Below, in pieces: positions 1-10,147 of a stretch of DNA of 64,000 nucleotides. The position numbers were made by a program, and so were the translations under genes. This stretch comes from an uncultured archaeon (lineage in GTDB: Archaea > Asgardarchaeota > Thorarchaeia > Thorarchaeales > Thorarchaeaceae): contig CAZLEV010000008.1 in assembly GCA_964558645.1 (NCBI GenBank), positions 32,001 through 96,000 on the forward strand. The letters run 5' to 3'. The notes under the pieces are model-generated. The model was not told where the DNA came from and did not search any database. It worked only from the letters and a program-made list of their open reading frames with translations. Position 1 is the stretch's first letter; each line of letters starts with the position of its first letter.

Positions 1-183
1 GCCCGGCCCCAGCTGGGAGTAGTCCGTGAGGCTGAACCCTATGGCAAATAGTTCAGGAAGAATGATGAATTCCAACGCGGCATTTGTCTTTCGTTCACGT
101 AGCAGCCATCTTGCTCTCGCAAAGTTATGGTCCGGATCACCATCTTTGCAGGGCATCTGAACGAGAGTTGTTGCAAACTCCAT
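1..183 (-). CDS. Carbon-nitrogen hydrolase (nitrilase superfamily), N-terminal part; runs off the window edge
   Basis: Not in the ORF track. Manual translation from the ATG at 183 gives MEFATTLVQMPCKDGDPDHNFARARWLL...FIILPELFAIGF, matching the nitrilase N-terminal Q...GD...N and catalytic hhhPEhF motifs. Confidence 0.8.
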   Translation of the reverse strand, partial: MEFATTLVQMPCKDGDPDHNFARARWLLRERKTNAALEFIILPELFAIGFSLTDYSQLGPG

Positions 184-352
184 GATTACTCCTCGGTTGC
201 GTCGAAGGGAATAATGGGTACTCACTGGCACTTAAGGCTTCATCCAGCACTCGGACACTTCTCAGTGACCTCCTTGATGTGTCAGATGATAATCCTTAAT
301 ATATTCCAAGCGAGGTTCAAGAATCGTAAGGGCTCTTACGGAAGTGTGACTA

Positions 353-658
353 GTGGTCAACGAAGTCGATACTGAGCCGGAAAAAAGGGCTGATATGCCG
401 AAGACTCCCTATTCTAAACCAGTTGAGGGTTCCATGGGGAAGACCGGCAGTTGGCGAACCTTCAATCCTGAGATTGATTATGATGAGTGTAGTCGATGCA
501 GGACCTGTTGGCTCCATTGCCCTGAAGCGGTCATAACACTTGATGAAGACGGAACACCGGACATCGACTTGGAGTACTGCAAGGGCTGCGGTATCTGCGC
601 CCAGGTGTGTCCGAAGAAGTGCATAGCAATGGTTCGACGCAAGCTACTGGAGGACTAG
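353..658 (+). CDS. porD: Pyruvate/2-oxoacid:ferredoxin oxidoreductase delta subunit (2x[4Fe-4S])
   Basis: KTGSWRT motif, CxxCxxCWxxCP and YCKGCGICAQVCP; first gene of the operon. Confidence 0.92.
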   Translation: MVNEVDTEPEKRADMPKTPYSKPVEGSMGKTGSWRTFNPEIDYDECSRCRTCWLHCPEAVITLDEDGTPDIDLEYCKGCGICAQVCPKKCIAMVRRKLLED

Positions 659-660
659 AA

Positions 661-1842
661 GTGCAAACGAAGATAATGAGTGCGAACTATGCGGCTGCGC
701 GGGCAGTAATGTCTGCTCGTGTGGAGGTTGTTGCTGCATACCCCATTACGCCTGCAACCACGATTCCCGAACAGATAGCGTATCTGAATGAGACGGGACA
801 GTGGCCGGGCGAGTTCATCAGGGTGGAGTCTGAGCACTCTGCGATGTTTGCTTGCATTGGTGCTAGCTCCACAGGAGCCAGGGCATTCACGGCAACAGCA
901 TCTAATGGTCTACTGCTCATGGACGAGGCTCTTCACTGGGCAGCGGCTGCCAGACTGCCCATAGTTCTTGCGAACATCAATCGTTCTGTCTCGCCGTCAT
1001 GGAATATCCATGCCACTCATGATGATGCCTTTTCGAAGCGAGATACTGGCTGGATTCAGTTCCATGCAGCGAGTGTTGATGAGTTCTATCACACCATTAT
1101 TCAGGCGTTCAAGCTCGCTGAAGACCCACGGGTACTGATGCCAGTAATGGTGAACGCTGACGCCTTTGTCTTGAGCCACACTCTGGCCCCCTACGATTAC
1201 TTGGAGCCGGAGGAAGTGGACCGATTCCTACCTCCATACAAGCCTTCGGAATGGGTGATGGACCCCGAGAAGCCTGTTTCTCACGGAAACATTGTCTTTC
1301 CTGAATACTTCCAGGAGTTTCGCTATGGAATGCACAAAGCCGATCTTGCAGCCCTCGAAGTCTACAAGGAGGTCGAACGTGACTATAAGAAGTTCTTCGG
1401 TAAGGAGCTTGGAGGAACAATCGACTGTTACAAGTGCGACGATGCTGATGTTGTATTCACAGCGCAGGGGACTATCGGATCTGAGGCTATTGATGCAGTC
1501 AAAGAGCTCCGCGAAGAGGGGTACAAGGTCGGAAATGCCCGAGTCAGAATGGTGCGTCCCTTCCCAATCGATGACGTGAGAGAGCTTGCCAAGAAGGTGA
1601 AGGCCTTTGCTAGTTTCGACAGAGCCGTATCTTACGGGATGGGTGGTCCAGTGGCCAACGATATCCGCGCGTCACTCTACAATACAGACCTGAGGCCAAT
1701 GGTCAAGAGCTACATTGGCGGTCTTGGAGGAAGAGATGTGACAGTGGACGACATCAAAGAGATTATTCTAGACACAGTCGATGCCTTAGAAAAGGGCGAG
1801 ATAGGCCCCGAAGAGACCTGGCACGACCTCATGGAGGAGTAA
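661..1842 (+). CDS. porA: Pyruvate/2-oxoacid:ferredoxin oxidoreductase alpha subunit
   Basis: AYPITPAT, VESEHSA, ATASNGL and GLGGRDV motifs. Likely start is the GTG at 661 (ORF track starts at 607). Confidence 0.93.
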   Translation: MQTKIMSANYAAARAVMSARVEVVAAYPITPATTIPEQIAYLNETGQWPGEFIRVESEHSAMFACIGASSTGARAFTATASNGLLLMDEALHWAAAARLPIVLANINRSVSPSWNIHATHDDAFSKRDTGWIQFHAASVDEFYHTIIQAFKLAEDPRVLMPVMVNADAFVLSHTLAPYDYLEPEEVDRFLPPYKPSEWVMDPEKPVSHGNIVFPEYFQEFRYGMHKADLAALEVYKEVERDYKKFFGKELGGTIDCYKCDDADVVFTAQGTIGSEAIDAVKELREEGYKVGNARVRMVRPFPIDDVRELAKKVKAFASFDRAVSYGMGGPVANDIRASLYNTDLRPMVKSYIGGLGGRDVTVDDIKEIILDTVDALEKGEIGPEETWHDLMEE

Positions 1843-1844
1843 AA

Positions 1845-2750
1845 ATGGTTGCGACAAAAGACATACCACTGAAGGAATACATTCTGAAGGGCAATGCGGC
1901 ATGCGCCGGTTGCCAGGACATGGTCGCCCTGAGACACGCGCATAAAGCGCTTGAGGGTGATGTGATTCAGGTTGTTCCCGCCTGTTGTACAAGTGTAGTC
2001 CAGTCATTATTCCCAAAGTCATGTATGGACTTCCCAGTTCTCAACACCGCTTTCCCTGCAGCTGCGGCGACGGCATCTGGAGTTCGTGCTGCATTACGCG
2101 CAAAAGGCAACGATCACACCACGGTGATGGTCTGGGCTGGAGACGGTGGAACGTTCGATATCGGTATCCAGGCTCTCAGTGGAGCGCTGGAGAGGCGTAC
2201 TGATTTCCTCTACGTCTGCTATAACAATCAGGTATACAGTAATACCGGCACACAGCGTTCCGGTGCAACTCCTCTACATGCACAGACCACTACGACCTGG
2301 TTTGGAAAGACCGAGCCGGAGAAGATGTTGGACCTTGTGGTCGCTGCCCATGAACCTGCCTATCAGGCCACAGCAAACGCTGCATATCCCCGCGATCTCT
2401 ATGAGAAATTCACCAAAGCCCGAGAGATCCAAGGTCCGAAGTTCATTCACGTCTTCATTCCGTGCCCACAAGCTTGGAACTACCCAGTAGAACTGGGTGT
2501 CGAGATGGGCAAACTGGCGGTTGAGACTGGATATTGGATTCAGTGGGAACGTGTCGGTGACAAATTCGAATTGAGCCGCCACAGCAAGCGGTACCAAGAC
2601 CCCGAAAAGCGCAAACCAATTGAGGAGTTCCTGAAACTGCAGGGTCGATTCTCAAAGCTCTTCAAGCCAAAGCGCGACGAGAAGAAGATACAAGAACTTC
2701 AGGACTATGTCCAGCACCGCTGGGATATCATCATGCGAACCTTTACGTAG
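1845..2750 (+). CDS. porB: Pyruvate/2-oxoacid:ferredoxin oxidoreductase beta subunit (TPP-binding)
   Basis: ACAGC, GDGGTFDIG, YNNQVYSNTGTQRS and PCP motifs. Confidence 0.93.
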   Translation: MVATKDIPLKEYILKGNAACAGCQDMVALRHAHKALEGDVIQVVPACCTSVVQSLFPKSCMDFPVLNTAFPAAAATASGVRAALRAKGNDHTTVMVWAGDGGTFDIGIQALSGALERRTDFLYVCYNNQVYSNTGTQRSGATPLHAQTTTTWFGKTEPEKMLDLVVAAHEPAYQATANAAYPRDLYEKFTKAREIQGPKFIHVFIPCPQAWNYPVELGVEMGKLAVETGYWIQWERVGDKFELSRHSKRYQDPEKRKPIEEFLKLQGRFSKLFKPKRDEKKIQELQDYVQHRWDIIMRTFT

Positions 2751-2752
2751 AA

Positions 2753-4306
2753 TCAGTGCCCGGAGACGGGCGCCTTCTCTCTCTTATGGTCCTGCAGTAT
2801 CAAGTAGGCTAGACCCCCCATGTAGGCTGACTTCATTCTCTCTATTTTATTCTCTTCACTAACGACATCATAGATTCCCATCTTGGCGTAGGCATCAACA
2901 GCTTCTTCAGCAATGAATCTTGAAATCCATGGAAGCTCCATCACTTGCCCCCCCAGGTCTAAGAACTCAAGTATCTGAAACGCGGTCTCAGAGAAGATTG
3001 CCTCCGCGAATCTGTCCCTATCCTGTTCCAAGAATGTCTGTTGCTGCTTTATCATTTCAGAAGCAGCTGTGAAGACAAGCTTTAGATCATCAATAAGCGC
3101 CTGCTCGAAACCTGCGGTTCTCGATTTCACCTTGATTTTCATCTCAAGGTTCGCAAGTGAGTCGGTGTATCGTTTCTCAGGTGAGACATAAGGTTTCCAT
3201 CCGCTCTTTGCCTTTTTCTTGATAGTCTGAAGCTCCTCGTAGAGCAGACTCCCTCGATTCTTCTGTTCTGCCAGTCTTACTGCCAGAGACCTTCTGTTTC
3301 CCCTCAATATGTCAATGAAGTTTTTCAAGTCTTCATTGCTCCCTCTTCCCTTTCGTGCACGGAGGGTTTCGTCATAGTGGGTATCTATCTCGTCAAGTAC
3401 ATACATGAACATGTTCACGAGAGAAGGCGGCTCGGAGAGCTTCGCCAACTCCTCTGTCAATAATCTACCAAAGTGAAGATCTTCGATTAGCCTGTACGCT
3501 ATTTCTGCAATTGTAGCCAGATGTCTGCATGCAGTTTCACTTCCGATGAGGGGCCAAGCAAAGGGCTTTCGGGCCCCATACCCGCCAATTGCGTTCTTCA
3601 GGGCAGTCTTCACGTGGTATATGAGTATGTATCCTGTTACTTCTCTCGACAGGTCATCCAGTTTCATGGTGAGGGTTCTGTCAAAATCCACTCTCAATCC
3701 CGTTGCTGTCATCATCAGAAGTGCTATCAGATGTGGAATCCTACCAAGGGTGACTTCATTATCGGTGTCAAAACCTCTTAATGCGTCACTGATTGTGAAG
3801 AGCGGGCAATCCACGTTTCTCAATTGTATCTCGTGTTTGATTCTGGCTTGTAGCCTTAGCCGCGACTCCCTGCTCTCTAACAGGGCCCTGACAAATGGCT
3901 CGATGGGTTGAGCTGGCAGTTCCGATGGTCCCGCAGTCATCGCCACCACGTTCTTTGGCAGCATCATAATCCAAAGCGTGGAAACGGATGCAAGGACTGC
4001 AGCTTCAACTACTTCTTGCCCTCGCATGTTGTCTGATGGAATCCTCGGTTTGAATCCGAGCCAGCCGGGAAGGTTCACTAGGAACTCAACTTGTTCATCA
4101 TCATTCAATGCGCGTGAAAGCAGACTGCTCTTGATATAGTCGTAGAAGCCCACATACTCGGCTTGGTCCTTTGGCTTTCTAAGGAGTTCTTCTCTCTCTG
4201 TTAGGCTTCTCACATCGTCTTCCAGAATCTCCTCTATGACCCTTGTCTTCCAAGAGTATCGCATGTTGTCAACTACAGTGCTAACAACATCATCAATGGG
4301 ATTCAT
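2753..4306 (-). CDS. Hypothetical protein, predicted largely alpha-helical (517 aa)
   Basis: Long ORF with normal composition; overlaps the upstream ORF by 4 nt (ATGA coupling). Confidence 0.8.
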   Translation of the reverse strand: MNPIDDVVSTVVDNMRYSWKTRVIEEILEDDVRSLTEREELLRKPKDQAEYVGFYDYIKSSLLSRALNDDEQVEFLVNLPGWLGFKPRIPSDNMRGQEVVEAAVLASVSTLWIMMLPKNVVAMTAGPSELPAQPIEPFVRALLESRESRLRLQARIKHEIQLRNVDCPLFTISDALRGFDTDNEVTLGRIPHLIALLMMTATGLRVDFDRTLTMKLDDLSREVTGYILIYHVKTALKNAIGGYGARKPFAWPLIGSETACRHLATIAEIAYRLIEDLHFGRLLTEELAKLSEPPSLVNMFMYVLDEIDTHYDETLRARKGRGSNEDLKNFIDILRGNRRSLAVRLAEQKNRGSLLYEELQTIKKKAKSGWKPYVSPEKRYTDSLANLEMKIKVKSRTAGFEQALIDDLKLVFTAASEMIKQQQTFLEQDRDRFAEAIFSETAFQILEFLDLGGQVMELPWISRFIAEEAVDAYAKMGIYDVVSEENKIERMKSAYMGGLAYLILQDHKREKAPVSGH

Positions 4307-5466
4307 TGATCCGCCTCCTGTGAGAAAAGAAGATCAATGATCTCTTCTAGCGACGGCCTGATTCCAATCTCTGATTCCATGAAGCTGTAGGCTTCGAGTA
4401 TCGCCTGTTCGATGTCAACTTCTTCTCCGGTTCCCGATAGCTTAGAGAATGAAAGCCGTCTGAGCTCCAGTCCTAGGTCAATCTCTTCTGGGCATTCGAT
4501 GCCTTTCAAGTCTGTGAGGTCAAGGATGCCCTCAAGACTTCTGTAGCTAAGGTCAACGATGGTGCCCTTAGGATGCTTTCTGTTTCTCAAGTAGATTCTG
4601 AAGACAGGACGCAACCCATTCTTGTCAATATCATCGCAGAGATTCATTATTCGGCCGGCGACGCTAGCTCCCGACACATATGCTCGCTTCAAATCCTCTA
4701 GTTGGACCTTGTCAGCGAGCGTGATAGCAAGGTCTGTTTCATAACTGTAGTCGATTTCTCTTACGGAAGTGGCCCCGATGACAACATCCGTTTCTCTCTC
4801 AACCTCTTGAAGGAGACTGGCCCGGAACTTGCCTAGGGTATCCAGATTCATCTTGACTTTCTGTGGTTCACCATCCGTGTCAACAATGAGGCCCATCTCC
4901 ACATCGAAACTATGTACGTCTTCTGGGCGGAAGCTTGTTAGCGTCATTCCCAGAGCCTCTTGCTGGTCGACCTCTATCAGAACACCGTCTACTGATGTCA
5001 TGTGGCGGGAGCAGTAGAACCGACCCGGCAGAAAAGCATGCAGCTCCGGAGTTTCCGTGTGGGCTTCCATGGATTTCAGGAGTTGGTCCTCTCCTCCGCT
5101 TGCTAATGGCTGCGGCGATGATTCTGTTTTGTCGCAGCCCGAGAGTATTGCGCTATCTTCAGAACATGGAGTAGACACGGACTGAAGTTCGACGGTGTTA
5201 CCATGGGCTTGAGGCTCAAGAATAATACTATCAGTGTGATTTGAGAACTCTATGTCCGAGTCATCGGGAACCTTGCTCATCAGGTCCTCTGTTCCCGCTT
5301 GGAAATAATCTCTGTCAAAAGGGATAGGCATGGAAAAACCGACACCTTGGAAGTAACCGAGGTCGGATATTCCGATGATGTACTCCTCTTCCGGGAGAAC
5401 GCTCTCCTGTATCTCTACCAGTCTCAGAGTCCTCTGCTTCGGTATATACACAGTGCCTTCACCCAC
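4303..5466 (-). CDS. Hypothetical acidic protein (387 aa)
   Basis: Long ORF coupled to the 517-aa ORF; no recognised motif. Confidence 0.75.
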   Translation of the reverse strand: MGEGTVYIPKQRTLRLVEIQESVLPEEEYIIGISDLGYFQGVGFSMPIPFDRDYFQAGTEDLMSKVPDDSDIEFSNHTDSIILEPQAHGNTVELQSVSTPCSEDSAILSGCDKTESSPQPLASGGEDQLLKSMEAHTETPELHAFLPGRFYCSRHMTSVDGVLIEVDQQEALGMTLTSFRPEDVHSFDVEMGLIVDTDGEPQKVKMNLDTLGKFRASLLQEVERETDVVIGATSVREIDYSYETDLAITLADKVQLEDLKRAYVSGASVAGRIMNLCDDIDKNGLRPVFRIYLRNRKHPKGTIVDLSYRSLEGILDLTDLKGIECPEEIDLGLELRRLSFSKLSGTGEEVDIEQAILEAYSFMESEIGIRPSLEEIIDLLFSQEADQ

Positions 5467-5548
5467 GACATCGTTTCGTTAGTGCTTGCGCAAGTGCCTG
5501 AAAGTGTCGAATCAATATATTCGATTCTATGATAGACTTCCGGGCTGC

Positions 5549-7399
5549 TCAGATACCTCTTCTTTTCAGCAAGGCAATCCCGAATATGATTACACAGCCT
5601 GCCGCTCCTGCTGCAACAATCAAAGGGTACCAATGCAGAGTCATTGCCTCAGAGTCTTCTGTGGTGTTTTCCATGGCGATGTCGGACGAGTTGGGGTCTT
5701 GCCCGAGCACAAACTCCTCGAGATTACTGAATCCATCTCCGTCCGGGTCGTCTGCTGCGTCGTCCGTTAGCGGATCGAGCCCATGTTCGATTTCCCACCC
5801 ATCTGGCATATCATCGCTGTCACTATCTGGGTTCTGCGGGTCAGTCCCATGAGTGTACTCCTCGAGGTTAGTCAGCCCGTCATCATCGGGATCCTCCATG
5901 GAGTCGTCCACCAGCGGGTCAAGCCCATTGTAGTACTCCCAACCATCCGGCATGCCGTCATCGTCAGTATCGCTGTTTATCCTGGAAGTCCCGATGAGTT
6001 TCTCAAGTCCGTCACTCAAACCATCATTGTCAAGGTCGAGGCTGAACATGATTGGATCAAACCAGTATTGCTGACTATCTAATACGTCATCACCGTTGAG
6101 GTCGGCGTCGTACCGGATGGACACACTGTAGGAGGTTGAGGTGTCACCTGGGTTGTTGACCATGACTTTATACAACCCCGCGGATTCTGCGGCCCCATTC
6201 AATGCTTCGATCATTTCTGATGTACCATCTATGAAGCATGCTTCATCAACGATAGTGTTGCTAGGGTCGCGGAGAGTGAACTCCAGTTCACCACCGGTCC
6301 AGTTAGAATAGACTGCGACATCTGTCGGTGTGCTGATGGGAACAAGGTAGGCGCGATTCTGGCCGGGTTGCAGTGTTCCGTCGTAGCTCATTTTGCTCAG
6401 CTGAAGCGGAGCGTAGGACATTGTGAAGGCCATGGAGGCACCTATGCATCTGACCGCCTCTGTTGCCACCGTGTAGTTGTATAAGGGATTGTTCCAGACA
6501 TCAGCCGGCTGGTGATATGCATCATCTCTGTCGAAACCACTCTCGAAAAGGAACGAGACCTGATTGTATCCACTTCGTATGAACGAATAATGGTCACTAC
6601 GTTCCCACCCGAAGAACCGAGTGGACGGAGTAGGGTCTACAATGTTGATACCGATATTGTTGCTCAGTGCTTTCATGAGGTATGCATAGTATTTGCTCTC
6701 GTGAAATGGTGCGTAGGTATTGTACACGGCTAGAAACTGTTTATCCGAGGCCCCCTCTGGATCGTCAACCAATAACATGTCTACATTGTAATAATGTAGC
6801 AGTGCAAGATCTCGGTCGTGGAAAATATTTGTGACCTCCCAACTTCCCCAGAGACCTATCTCCTCAGAGTTCCAGAAACAAAAATAGATATCAAGAGCCC
6901 ATCGATACTGTGACATCACACGTGCCAATTCTAATGCTGCAGCAACTCCTGTTCCATCATCATTTGCCCCCGGAGCACCAGGCACCGAGTCGTAGTGGCC
7001 TCCCACCATGAATACTGGTGCGTTGCCAGATGCCCAACCAGGTAGTACTCCAATGACCGACTTGTAATCTCCCAGAATCTCTATCTCGATGCGCCCTTCG
7101 GAGACTCGCTCTAGCTCCTGCACTATCCAGTTACGCGCATGAACATTCGCATCACTGAAAGTGATTCCGTCATCCAGTGATGTCCAGCGAGACCCATTCT
7201 CTGTGAGCTTGATGATATAATTACGATATGAAGCAAGGTCTATCTCTTGGTAGATGTCATACGATAGATCCGCTCCGTACACATCTGAAGAACCAATAGA
7301 CAATCCAAGAGGTGTTGAAGTATAGGAGACCCCATCTGTTCCCGTTGCAGAGGCGAAAAGAATTGTAAACAGCAGACAGGCCACGATGCTTTGCTTCAT
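5549..7399 (-). CDS. Secreted, membrane-anchored M28 family metallopeptidase with Ca-binding DxDxDG (TSP3-like) repeats
   Basis: Signal peptide; GGHYDS, PGANDDGTG, NSEEIGL, NVDM, SDH and YHQPAD motifs; several D-x-D-x-D-G repeats; C-terminal TM helix followed by KRR. Confidence 0.9.
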   Translation of the reverse strand: MKQSIVACLLFTILFASATGTDGVSYTSTPLGLSIGSSDVYGADLSYDIYQEIDLASYRNYIIKLTENGSRWTSLDDGITFSDANVHARNWIVQELERVSEGRIEIEILGDYKSVIGVLPGWASGNAPVFMVGGHYDSVPGAPGANDDGTGVAAALELARVMSQYRWALDIYFCFWNSEEIGLWGSWEVTNIFHDRDLALLHYYNVDMLLVDDPEGASDKQFLAVYNTYAPFHESKYYAYLMKALSNNIGINIVDPTPSTRFFGWERSDHYSFIRSGYNQVSFLFESGFDRDDAYHQPADVWNNPLYNYTVATEAVRCIGASMAFTMSYAPLQLSKMSYDGTLQPGQNRAYLVPISTPTDVAVYSNWTGGELEFTLRDPSNTIVDEACFIDGTSEMIEALNGAAESAGLYKVMVNNPGDTSTSYSVSIRYDADLNGDDVLDSQQYWFDPIMFSLDLDNDGLSDGLEKLIGTSRINSDTDDDGMPDGWEYYNGLDPLVDDSMEDPDDDGLTNLEEYTHGTDPQNPDSDSDDMPDGWEIEHGLDPLTDDAADDPDGDGFSNLEEFVLGQDPNSSDIAMENTTEDSEAMTLHWYPLIVAAGAAGCVIIFGIALLKRRGI

Positions 7400-7529
7400 G
7401 TACGTCGCTTTCTCCTGAGACCTGATGAATCTTCGTTATAATGTAATTATTCGTAAGATTCTTCAACATATTAAGGCAAGTGGAGTTCCTGCGCGATTCG
7501 ATTCCGCTGCTAAGGGTCAGTGACAAAAA

Positions 7530-8795
7530 ATGGCAATCCCAGATTTAGCCTTCTCCATCGAGATAAAGGATCCCCTTCACGGATACATTGGCCTAACCGA
7601 ACTTGAGGAGTCCATCCTGGACTTACGGATGACCCAAAGGTTACGGAGCATTAGGGCCCCGGCTGGAATCCATCAGGTATATCCCGGGGCTGACCAATCT
7701 TTAATGGGGCGGATGATCGGCTTTCTTCATGTCACCGACGTTCTATTCGATAGCCTGAGGGCTGACAAGGAGGACTTGCTTAAGGCCCGACTTGCTTCGA
7801 TGCTTCTCACCATCTCGCGTGGCGCATGGTCGAATGTCATGGACGAGTATCTCGCTGTTAGAGGTCGAGATCGTAGAACCAGAGTAATAATGACACTGGA
7901 AGACTCTCCTGCAACTGAAATCATAGAAGCGAGCACCTTCTCAGTGAAAGAACTAGTTGACGTGTTCGAGAATGGCATCTCCGTGAAAGGAATAGATGTG
8001 GATCTTCTCACTCTGCCCATCAATCCTGAACTCATTGATAGCCTTGAGCGGGATGCGTATTTCGCAGGAGTCGAATATGCACAACTCGAATACCGTCGTC
8101 TCTTTGATGCCACTCGCATTGCGAAAAACAAGATTGCAGTGGAGCGCGGATCTGTCTATACACTGGAATCGTACCTTTCCGCAGGTGCCAACATGTATGA
8201 TGCAGTGTACTATCACAAGACCGTTCGCGCTGCTGAACTCATGCTGCTCCGAATACTTGATGAAGCTGCATCAATGCTGTTCGAGTTTCCTCGAGAGAAT
8301 CCCAAGGAGTTTCTCTCCATTGATGACCTGACTTTCCATGACTTGTTGTTGCATCTGCCGGAGGATTCTACTGAGGAGATGAAGACTGCAGGTAGAATCT
8401 TCGATGCCTTCAAAGACAGATACCTCATCAAACTGGCAAGCTCAAGAGCGATAGCGGATCAGGCATTTCTCAAAAAACTGAGTACACCCGATGGGCTGTT
8501 TGAGGTTGAACGAGAGATTGCAGAGACCGCCGGTATCGATCCAAAGAATGTGTATGTTGACTATCCAAACCGGCCGTCTGTAGAGTTCTACCCCGGGAAG
8601 TACTCTCTTGACGATTTAGTGTTCTTTGAACGTGGTTCTCGAGGTTACGAGTTCTGGGACGTCGCTGATTTGAGTCTCATTGCAAGAAGCTACAAACGGG
8701 ATCTGCGTCCTGTACGCGTCTATACCACTAGGGGATATAGGTCTCGGGTTCGGAAAGCTGGCGATGAACTGCTTGAGAGCATCGATAAGCCATGA
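7530..8795 (+). CDS. HD-domain dNTP triphosphohydrolase (SAMHD1/YdhJ-like) homolog with degenerate catalytic residues
   Basis: Family motifs IKDPLHGYI, QRLRSI, VYPGA and VYYHKTVRAAE are present. The HxRFEHSLG and LLHDIGH motifs are replaced by QSLMGRMIG and MLLTISR. Confidence 0.85.
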   Translation: MAIPDLAFSIEIKDPLHGYIGLTELEESILDLRMTQRLRSIRAPAGIHQVYPGADQSLMGRMIGFLHVTDVLFDSLRADKEDLLKARLASMLLTISRGAWSNVMDEYLAVRGRDRRTRVIMTLEDSPATEIIEASTFSVKELVDVFENGISVKGIDVDLLTLPINPELIDSLERDAYFAGVEYAQLEYRRLFDATRIAKNKIAVERGSVYTLESYLSAGANMYDAVYYHKTVRAAELMLLRILDEAASMLFEFPRENPKEFLSIDDLTFHDLLLHLPEDSTEEMKTAGRIFDAFKDRYLIKLASSRAIADQAFLKKLSTPDGLFEVEREIAETAGIDPKNVYVDYPNRPSVEFYPGKYSLDDLVFFERGSRGYEFWDVADLSLIARSYKRDLRPVRVYTTRGYRSRVRKAGDELLESIDKP

Positions 8796-8849
8796 TACGG
8801 CTGCATAAGATATAATATGCACCTGATTTTTTAATAATTACGTGATAAC

Positions 8850-9350
8850 ATGAGCGATGAAATTTCACCAATAGAGAGTTTCATGAAAGATCCAAACTCT
8901 CTTCTCATAACAATAGGTATGTTAGTATGGATTCTTGGCAGCTACGATAGCATAGTCCGGCCATTTCTCTTCACAGGCGGATTTGTTTTGACCTGTTATG
9001 CTACTGCCGTAACAGCATTGAAGCGACCCGGGACTATGGCTGCACCAGGACTGATTCTGGGTATCATCATCCACCTTATTGGTGGCATTCTCGAGGCAGT
9101 CTGGTTCCTCGGCCCTATCCTTTCACCGATGCTCTACGTTCTGGGCGGTACACTCATACTCTTCTTCGCTGTGCCAATGGCACTACAACTTGGAAATGTC
9201 CCGATTGAACAGATGATCGATCGAGTGAAATCTGTAGCTGAACGGCAGAAGGACGAAGAAGAGGCAGAGGGCGAAGAGACTGAATCTGAGGAGGAAGTCT
9301 CCGACGAGTCCCCCGAGACCGAAAGCGAGTCTACCGCTGGCACTTATTGA
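8850..9350 (+). CDS. Small membrane protein (about 4 TM) with acidic C-terminal tail
   Basis: Hydrophobic segments followed by an E/S/T-rich tail. Confidence 0.75.
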   Translation: MSDEISPIESFMKDPNSLLITIGMLVWILGSYDSIVRPFLFTGGFVLTCYATAVTALKRPGTMAAPGLILGIIIHLIGGILEAVWFLGPILSPMLYVLGGTLILFFAVPMALQLGNVPIEQMIDRVKSVAERQKDEEEAEGEETESEEEVSDESPETESESTAGTY

Positions 9351-9459
9351 ATAGTCTAAATCAAATGGAGACTGGATGGCGCCTCTTGAAGGTGCTTTCC
9401 AAATCCACTCCTATTTTCCGAAAAAGTCTGCAACATCAGCAGGCTATCTCAATGTATGT

Positions 9460-10026
9460 CTATTCTCCAGTCCACTCAACCCTTCGGTTCTCTAGTACAC
9501 CAGCGTGGTATAGAATTCGTTCTACAACCGAGTCGACGAGTTGTTCGATAGTGGATGGTTTGTGCCAGAACGCTGGAGAGGCGGGAATAACTATGGCACC
9601 TGCCTCTGTCACTCTTCCCATGTTCCGTATATGGATAAGGTTGAGCGGGGTTTCTCTTGGCACAATGATGAGCGTACGTTTCTCCTTGAGTGTACAATCA
9701 GCTGCTCGAGATATGAGATTGTCCGCGTAACCGTGTGCAATCCCTGCCAGAGTCTTCATCGTACATGGAACTACCACCATCGCATCGAGATGATAGCTTC
9801 CACTGGCAGGCCCTGCCGTCAGGTCGTCTTCATCATATACCTTTGTAACCCTGTTTTTTAGGTCTTCGGCCGTGAGTCCCGTTTCGTGCTTCAGGGTTTC
9901 GGTACCCCATCTGCTCACGATAAGATGAACCTCATGTCCTAGCTCGACCAGCCTATCGATTGTTCTGACGCCATAGATGGCACCGCTTGCGCCTGTCAGG
10001 CAGACAAGAATCCTTTTCTTAGCCAT
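9460..10026 (-). CDS. ubiX: Flavin prenyltransferase UbiX
   Basis: TGASGAIYG, ASGS, PCTMKTLA, ISRAAD, PRETPL and PAFW motifs. Confidence 0.95.
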   Translation of the reverse strand: MAKKRILVCLTGASGAIYGVRTIDRLVELGHEVHLIVSRWGTETLKHETGLTAEDLKNRVTKVYDEDDLTAGPASGSYHLDAMVVVPCTMKTLAGIAHGYADNLISRAADCTLKEKRTLIIVPRETPLNLIHIRNMGRVTEAGAIVIPASPAFWHKPSTIEQLVDSVVERILYHAGVLENRRVEWTGE

Positions 10027-10147
10027 GTAATCTCACTCCGTTTCAGACGTTCATCTGGGTATGGTGAAGAGCCTGAGGCAGTAACCAACATCTTGCTCAA
10101 CTCGTCTATAAAGTTCATGATTGGTTACATTGCACGATCCAAGATAG

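Noticed and set aside
5700-6110. Repetitive DNA within the M28 peptidase gene
   Set aside because: Explained by coding DxDxDG calcium-binding repeats, which are common in archaeal surface proteins.
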